Source of the DNA: an uncultured virus (IMG/VR IMGVR_UViG_3300050131_000019) | Lineage: Duplodnaviria > Heunggongvirae > Uroviricota > Caudoviricetes | Strand: one strand, 5' to 3' | DNA: 20,000 bases | IMG/VR virus record: IMGVR_UViG_3300050131_000019 | Span: 57,776 to 77,775 of that record | Shown here: one piece after another, positions 14,520 through 20,000 of the stretch | Position numbering within the stretch: position 1 is the first letter of the stretch | Layout: the number at the start of each line of letters is the position of its first letter | Position numbers and translations under genes: made by a program | The notes under the pieces: model-generated | What the model was told of the DNA's origin: nothing | The model's input: only the letters and a program-made list of their open reading frames with translations | Databases searched by the model: none

Positions 14520-17500
14520 ATGCCAGAAAACCCATTTACAAATCTATTATATCCCGGAGCACCGACTCCCGGAGAAAGTTCTCAAGGTACCACGCAGGGG
14601 GCGGGGGGAACTTCGTCTGGAAATCCCTTTACAAGTATGCTCTACGGGCGGGGTACTGGCGGTTCTGGGCAATCGTCCCCCGGCTCTCCGCTTTCCGGAA
14701 TTAACCCGGAGTCTGGACACGACGAGTCTGACCGCTTCACTCAAGAAGACCCTAACGACAACTGGCTCCAAAAAGGCTGGTCTGCTCTAAACAAGCCGTT
14801 GAGTGAAACTATTGGAACATGGGTGACAGGGAAACCTTTTGGGCAATACCGTTCTGGGGCGGGCGGTCTAGAACGCGGAGCGGAGAAAGTTCTCTCCGGG
14901 ATTACCTCCCCTCTCAGCTTACTGACTCTCGCTGCATTCGCACCAGCGAGCATTGGGGAATCCGTCGCCGGAACTGCTATCAAAGAAGGGCTGATGAGCG
15001 AAGTTGCTCCTCTCCTTGGCGAAGGTATGGACGCGGCTAAGGCCGGGAGTACAGTAGAAACCTACGCCAAAGCTTTGGGCGCGGCTAAGAAAGCCCTAGT
15101 AGCAAATACCAATATTGACGAAGCAGTAACCGCTGCTGGCATGGACCCGGCTCACTATACCAAGATTGGAGAATTCCTCCGGTCTCAGGGTCTCAAAGAA
15201 GACGATATGCTGGCCGAAGGTACTGTCCGGAGAGTGGCCGCGCAAGGACTTAAAAAGGCCGGGGTATCTGCTGCCGGTTCCGTGGCTATCGCTAAAGGCG
15301 CGGAAACTCTAGTTAACGCCGGATTTGCCTACCAGCAGATTCAGAGCGCCGTGTACTCTTTCCCCCGATTTACAGACCTAATGGAGCATGGACAATATGA
15401 CGAGGCCGGGGAGTACCTTGTTACCGGTGGGGCGGGAGTTCTGTTTGGCGGACTAGGAGCAGCACACTCTCTTCACAGTTTGGATACTCTGGTTCCCGGA
15501 CTAAACGAAAAAGGGGAACTCCAGTATACCGAAGCTAACCGAAGTATGATGAATTTAGTCAAGGGCCGGGATGAAGAAATGGGCACGGGAAATACCCGCG
15601 TAAATACCCAAGCTAGCAATCTGCACCGAGAAGCCTTTAAACTTGCCGGGATAGATATCCCCGAATCTTTACAGTACAAAGAGGTTCCTTCTGATTTTGC
15701 GGGGCAGGCTAAACAATTCTTTGAGTCCCTCGTAGGGTCGGTCGCCAAAGTCAAAAGTGATGTACTCCACAACTCCCCGGCCAACGATCCGCGCTTACAG
15801 GCGTTTAGAAAGAAGATCAACTTTTCCATACAAGCCGGAGGGGATAGGAATTCTCTATTCCAGCAGGGAGATGCACTCGCACACGCTATGGGTCCGGAGG
15901 CGGAAAACGCTTGGCACGCATTTACAAAAGACTATGTTAAGCCCGAAAGAACTGTAGAAAACATCATTGCTCGGCAAACAGAGGACTTACAACTAGTCAA
16001 GAAACAGGTAGCCACCGGGCAAGAGAACATCAAGTCTCTTTCAGACTCTGTGGCCCGGAAGACTCTAGATCGGGATAGGGCGAAAAGCCCGGAAGCGAAG
16101 GCAGAACACCAAAAAGTTTTGGACGAGTTTCAAGACCAACTTTCGCAAGCTAGAGACACCCAAGAAGCCGCTCAGCAGAAGTTTGAAAGTCTCCGGAAGT
16201 GGGAAGGAAATCCTGATGAGGCTCTTAAGGCCCATCACCAAGACCTAGTACACCAGTTCTACGAAGCAAGGGAGCACCAGCCTTCTACCGAACCTTCTCC
16301 GGAAAATGGAACTGCCCTAGACGAGTTTAACCGCCGCGCTAATCTGATGGGTCGCGTAGGACGAGATGCCCAGATTATTCAGGAAGCCCACCCCGAATGG
16401 TTCAAAAATCAAGAACCTGTCGTTTCTTACCCAGAAAAAGGAACTGAAGGTAAAGTACCAACCTCCGAAGAGCAGACGGCGGAAGTAAGGCCAGAAGCTA
16501 AGTTACAGACTGTCCTCCCCGAAGACCTCGAAGGCTTTCAAGGAAGCAAGAACGCTACGTGGGAACAAGGCCCCCGCCATCCCGATCTTCCTGATGACCT
16601 CGAAGAACGCGTGGAAAAAGCCAAACCCAAGTTTCAAGAGATGGCTAGGAAAACTCCGAAGGAGTACCAGCACCGCCTAGATATCCTCAAGGGGTACGCT
16701 GATGCTGCGCGTGGACTCTCCCCGGAAGAACAGGCTTTCGCAGACAAGATCAAGGAAATGGATTTTGAAACCTGGGCTGCTGGAAGCAATAATAACCTCC
16801 TCAAAGGCTTCATAGAGAACCATCTTTACCGCGACTGGAGTAAGGACTCCGGGGTAGGAAATGAACTCCTCGCACAGTCCCGTGCAGGAAACTTTGCTAC
16901 TAATGTTATTCAGGCCCGCCATCGTACATTCCAAACCCCGCTAGAGGGTTTTCTCAAAACCAAGAGGATGACGAACTACGACCCAGTTGAGATGGTTCGC
17001 AAGAACGCAAACTGGATTGTAGATGCTGCGGCGAATAGAAAAGTTGTCCATTCCCTCTTGAAGTCCGGACTCACCAACTCTAGGGGTATGCCCCTGTTTT
17101 TACTGAAGGGTTCCGGTAATGTGGCAGAGGGTGTGGATGGAAAACCGTCCGCTGCTATGGTTAACCCCGACAAGGTAATGCCTACGGATATTACTCCAGA
17201 ACAAAAAGCCCGCATGTACGCCAACGGGCAATGGGAGGCTTTACTCGCCACTAGGGAAGTTATAGATCGTACACCTTATGTATCTCTAGATAACATACCA
17301 GAGTGGATCAATTCTGTCAAGAAGAAAATCGCAAAGCTAGAACAAACTAATCCTCTCCTCGGAAATGGGATGACGGAAGCAGCCCGCCATAAAGCTAGCT
17401 GGGAAGAGATAGGAACTTTTGTCAAGGATAGAGCGGCTCGGTCTGCCCAGTATATCCGCGCCACTCTGAAAGCAGCGAAAGCTGATGGCGGTCGAACTTC

Positions 17501-19751
17501 TACGGACGTTCCTTCCGATATCGCAGTAACTCCCTACATAACCAAGATACTCCACTCGGGGGGAGTCCTGTCCGATAGAGATATTCTTCGGGCGAGTCAG
17601 CACGCAGATAAACTTGAAACTCAGGCAGAAGGCGCAAGTAGTTCTGCTCACTGGAGGAATCCTAAAGAAGGAGTTATCCGTGCTCCGGAAGTCGGGGAAC
17701 TCCTGCGTATGAACAAAAAATTCATCCCCCCCGAACTCCAGAAGTACCTGGATGAACAACACGACAAATTTGCCTACGATAAAGACGGTAAGCCTATTCG
17801 TACCGCCGATGGTAACTGGGATACCAAGGGTTTAACCAAAGCTATGCAGGCCGTCGAGCACGCCGCGAATAGCGGGGAGTACCCTCAACTACAGCTAGAC
17901 CTCAAGGACTTAAGTGAAATTCATGAGAAATACTCCTCAGTAAATCCAATCTCCCAAGCGAATGCTCGACCCGAGGCGGAAAAACTTCTTTCGGATATAA
18001 ACTCTCGCCAGCCCGGAAAATTTCAGTTCGCCCCCAAGCCCGGAGACTATCAGGAGATCGACCACCCTGCATTCCAAAACTGGAACTTCATGACCTCTAC
18101 CCCAGACGGTACCTCAGTACTAGCTAAAACAGGGGTAATGGTAGACAAGAGTATCCATAATTATATTGTAAACAGACTGGGGTTAGAAACCTCGGCTCTC
18201 CGGAAAACGGAAGGGATCGGTAAGCTAACTGCTCCTATCCTCAAGGGCGGGGCTGAAGCTAAATCCCTGCTGTTGAGCGGCTCACCTTTCCACGTCATCC
18301 AGGAAATGATTCGCGGACTTATGCTGGGGATTAACCCCCTGATCCGTCCTAATCCGGTAGCTGATCTTACTGCAAAGTTCAATACAGTACGGGGGGAAAA
18401 AGCCCTCTATCAGCTTGGAGTTAGAAACGGTCTAACTATCGGAGGTTCCCACGAAGGCTCGCTATTTTCTGAGGGACTGGCTTCACCCTCAAAGCTCGTA
18501 GCTAAGATTCCGGTCTGGGGTCCGATCTCGGATGAAATCCATTCGATGTTATTTGATCGATACATTCCTGCACTTAAAGCTTCTGCTTTCAAGAAGATGT
18601 TCGATAAGTACGCTACGGCTCACCCAGACTGGGAAGACGACGCCGTAGCAGAGCACGCGGCTAAACACGTCAACAACGCTTTCGGTGGGCAGAACTGGAA
18701 GGAGATGGGCCGGTCAGCTACCACACAAGACTGGTTCAATCTTGTATCTCTCGCACCTGACTGGCTGGAATCTGAAATGAGATTCGCGGCTAGCACAATG
18801 AACAATGCAGGACTAGGTGCCGGTAAGTACAGAGAAGAAGAAGGCAAGAACTTCTCCCGCCAGCAGGTAGCTGTTATGGCGGCGGGAACCTACATGATGG
18901 CCCGCGTCCTGAATGGTCTGTACTCCGGAGACCCTCATTTTGAAACACCGTTCGGGCTAGCCACTAAGGATAAGGACGGAAAAACGATAGAGTTCGGAGT
19001 AAGGACTTTACCGGGGGATATCCTGCACATGGCGAGCGATCCTAAAGGATTCCTCACCGGACGCGAAAGTCCCTTTGTCCGCACTGCCCAAGAACTTGTT
19101 ACCGGACGAAACCAGTTCGGTCAGAAGCTCACGGACGGTGAAAAGTTTGCTGATGTGGTTTCCCAGTTCTCGCCAATCGGTTTCCAGAATGTAATGAAAA
19201 CTGTCACAGGCACAACCACAGGAACCGACGTTGGTACCCCCGCTCAGATAGCAAAATCCTCCGGCGCAACCGCCTCGGTCTACAGGTCTCCTGCGCAAAA
19301 GTTGGCCGCTAACCTAGCCGCCGAGAGAAGCGAGGAAGGCGCAATGTCTCCACAAAAGGTAGCAAAGCATCGTGTCATTCTTAAGCTTGAGGAGGATATC
19401 AAGGCGGGCAGGCTCACCGGGCAAGGTCTTCAGGACATGGCGGATAGCGGACAGTTAGATCAAGACTCGGTAAAGAACATCCTCAAGGTCGTAAAGGAGA
19501 CCGCAGGACTGGACCCAGAAAACACTCGACTATACTCCCGCGTTTCTAGACTCGATGCTCAAGGGGCTATGGATGTGCTTAAGGACGCTAACTCTTCTGA
19601 ACGGCAGATTCTCCTACCCCTGGTGGAGAAAAAAGTGAAGGCTTATTTGAAAAAGAGTAGAACCGGGTCGGTTCCAACAGAAAGAATGTCAGACCCTACT
19701 TTTCTTGAGGCTCGGAAAATGTTCCCACAAACAGTTGAAGCCCCTGATTAA
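14520..19751 (+). CDS. Large DNA ejection/internal virion protein (P22 gp16 / T7 gp16 positional equivalent), 1743 aa
   Basis: SD AGGA; NPF repeats at the N-terminus; Gly/Ala hydrophobic helices; coiled coil; helical C-terminal region (SPFVRTAQELVTGRNQFGQ) recalling LPD38-type C-termini; last gene before the terminator. Confidence 0.7.
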   Translation: MPENPFTNLLYPGAPTPGESSQGTTQGAGGTSSGNPFTSMLYGRGTGGSGQSSPGSPLSGINPESGHDESDRFTQEDPNDNWLQKGWSALNKPLSETIGTWVTGKPFGQYRSGAGGLERGAEKVLSGITSPLSLLTLAAFAPASIGESVAGTAIKEGLMSEVAPLLGEGMDAAKAGSTVETYAKALGAAKKALVANTNIDEAVTAAGMDPAHYTKIGEFLRSQGLKEDDMLAEGTVRRVAAQGLKKAGVSAAGSVAIAKGAETLVNAGFAYQQIQSAVYSFPRFTDLMEHGQYDEAGEYLVTGGAGVLFGGLGAAHSLHSLDTLVPGLNEKGELQYTEANRSMMNLVKGRDEEMGTGNTRVNTQASNLHREAFKLAGIDIPESLQYKEVPSDFAGQAKQFFESLVGSVAKVKSDVLHNSPANDPRLQAFRKKINFSIQAGGDRNSLFQQGDALAHAMGPEAENAWHAFTKDYVKPERTVENIIARQTEDLQLVKKQVATGQENIKSLSDSVARKTLDRDRAKSPEAKAEHQKVLDEFQDQLSQARDTQEAAQQKFESLRKWEGNPDEALKAHHQDLVHQFYEAREHQPSTEPSPENGTALDEFNRRANLMGRVGRDAQIIQEAHPEWFKNQEPVVSYPEKGTEGKVPTSEEQTAEVRPEAKLQTVLPEDLEGFQGSKNATWEQGPRHPDLPDDLEERVEKAKPKFQEMARKTPKEYQHRLDILKGYADAARGLSPEEQAFADKIKEMDFETWAAGSNNNLLKGFIENHLYRDWSKDSGVGNELLAQSRAGNFATNVIQARHRTFQTPLEGFLKTKRMTNYDPVEMVRKNANWIVDAAANRKVVHSLLKSGLTNSRGMPLFLLKGSGNVAEGVDGKPSAAMVNPDKVMPTDITPEQKARMYANGQWEALLATREVIDRTPYVSLDNIPEWINSVKKKIAKLEQTNPLLGNGMTEAARHKASWEEIGTFVKDRAARSAQYIRATLKAAKADGGRTSTDVPSDIAVTPYITKILHSGGVLSDRDILRASQHADKLETQAEGASSSAHWRNPKEGVIRAPEVGELLRMNKKFIPPELQKYLDEQHDKFAYDKDGKPIRTADGNWDTKGLTKAMQAVEHAANSGEYPQLQLDLKDLSEIHEKYSSVNPISQANARPEAEKLLSDINSRQPGKFQFAPKPGDYQEIDHPAFQNWNFMTSTPDGTSVLAKTGVMVDKSIHNYIVNRLGLETSALRKTEGIGKLTAPILKGGAEAKSLLLSGSPFHVIQEMIRGLMLGINPLIRPNPVADLTAKFNTVRGEKALYQLGVRNGLTIGGSHEGSLFSEGLASPSKLVAKIPVWGPISDEIHSMLFDRYIPALKASAFKKMFDKYATAHPDWEDDAVAEHAAKHVNNAFGGQNWKEMGRSATTQDWFNLVSLAPDWLESEMRFAASTMNNAGLGAGKYREEEGKNFSRQQVAVMAAGTYMMARVLNGLYSGDPHFETPFGLATKDKDGKTIEFGVRTLPGDILHMASDPKGFLTGRESPFVRTAQELVTGRNQFGQKLTDGEKFADVVSQFSPIGFQNVMKTVTGTTTGTDVGTPAQIAKSSGATASVYRSPAQKLAANLAAERSEEGAMSPQKVAKHRVILKLEEDIKAGRLTGQGLQDMADSGQLDQDSVKNILKVVKETAGLDPENTRLYSRVSRLDAQGAMDVLKDANSSERQILLPLVEKKVKAYLKKSRTGSVPTERMSDPTFLEARKMFPQTVEAPD

Positions 19752-19806
19752 GGAGGCTTCATACTTATTAGATGTAACAGAACTCAAAAGGATTCAAAAA
19801 GTTTTC

Positions 19807-19844
19807 AAAATAAAAGCCCACCCCTAAAAGGTGGGCTTTGTTCT
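19807..19844. terminator. Bidirectional rho-independent terminator
   Basis: AAAGCCCACC (19813-19822), 7-nt loop, GGTGGGCTTT (19830-19839). The + strand tail reads TTTGTTCT; the - strand tail reads TTTTATTTT. Confidence 0.85.
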
Positions 19845-19894
19845 GGTCTCGCTCTCGGTGGTCTGGGAAAGTTTAGAATTCTTTCGGCCAAAAC

Positions 19895-19963
19895 TCAAGG
19901 GTACTCCGCTTTCTTTCTGGTATCAATATAGATTATTCTACTGTGCCTTGCGGGTGAGTGCAT
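19895..19963 (-). CDS. Candidate 22-aa basic peptide (MHSPARHSRIIYIDTRKKAEYP)
   Basis: On the minus strand AGGAG (19974-19970) lies 6 nt before ATG (19963); TGA at 19897-19895; the ORF points into the terminator. Confidence 0.35.
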   Translation of the reverse strand: MHSPARHSRIIYIDTRKKAEYP

Positions 19964-20000
19964 GTTTTTCTCCTATACCCTATTAGATGTAGGTTAGGAG

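Noticed and set aside
818..19298. Numerous minus-strand and alternate-frame ORFs in the track (e.g. 1026..1511, 12937..13350, 17337..17762)
   Set aside because: They overlap long, tightly packed plus-strand genes, have no recognisable motifs, and are best explained as shadow ORFs.
14520..19751. Enzymatic domain (virion RNA polymerase, transglycosylase, methylase/helicase) in the 1743-aa protein
   Set aside because: I could not recognise any catalytic motifs; a profile search is needed.
19750..19777. Strong AAGGAGG after the last gene
   Set aside because: No properly spaced ATG/GTG/TTG follows; the next ATG is too distant and is immediately followed by TAA.
1..20000. Alternative genetic code, restriction-site avoidance, or host assignment
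   Set aside because: TAA, TGA and TAG all end genes normally. CTAG and CCGG look common but I cannot count them reliably. A soil-bacterium host such as Acidobacteriota is only an impression and cannot be supported from this window.

Overview
All-plus-strand virion morphogenesis module of a tailed phage or prophage with podovirus (P22-like) gene order. It runs: end of a beta-rich structural gene, two small membrane/secreted ORFs, head-tail adaptor-like gene, GIY-YIG endonuclease, a giant 1781-aa tail hub/nozzle-like gene, endonuclease VII-type HNH gene, three small genes, a gp14/GNAT-like gene, then a DNA-ejection module (259, 127, 233, 659 and 1743 aa) closed by a bidirectional intrinsic terminator. 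Product calls rest on synteny and motif recognition, not database searches. Most notable: (i) a 233-aa gene in the ejection module has its own perfect sigma70 promoter, an N-terminus that copies that of the next ejection protein, and a degenerate zincin motif, so it is a candidate injected cargo; (ii) an apparently inactivated lysozyme-like gene lies next to it; (iii) the nozzle protein carries nested adhesin-like domain insertions and is bracketed by two unrelated free-standing endonucleases; (iv) several unusual expression signals occur, including an ATT start, a leaderless endonuclease mRNA, an IHF consensus and unannotated small ORFs.
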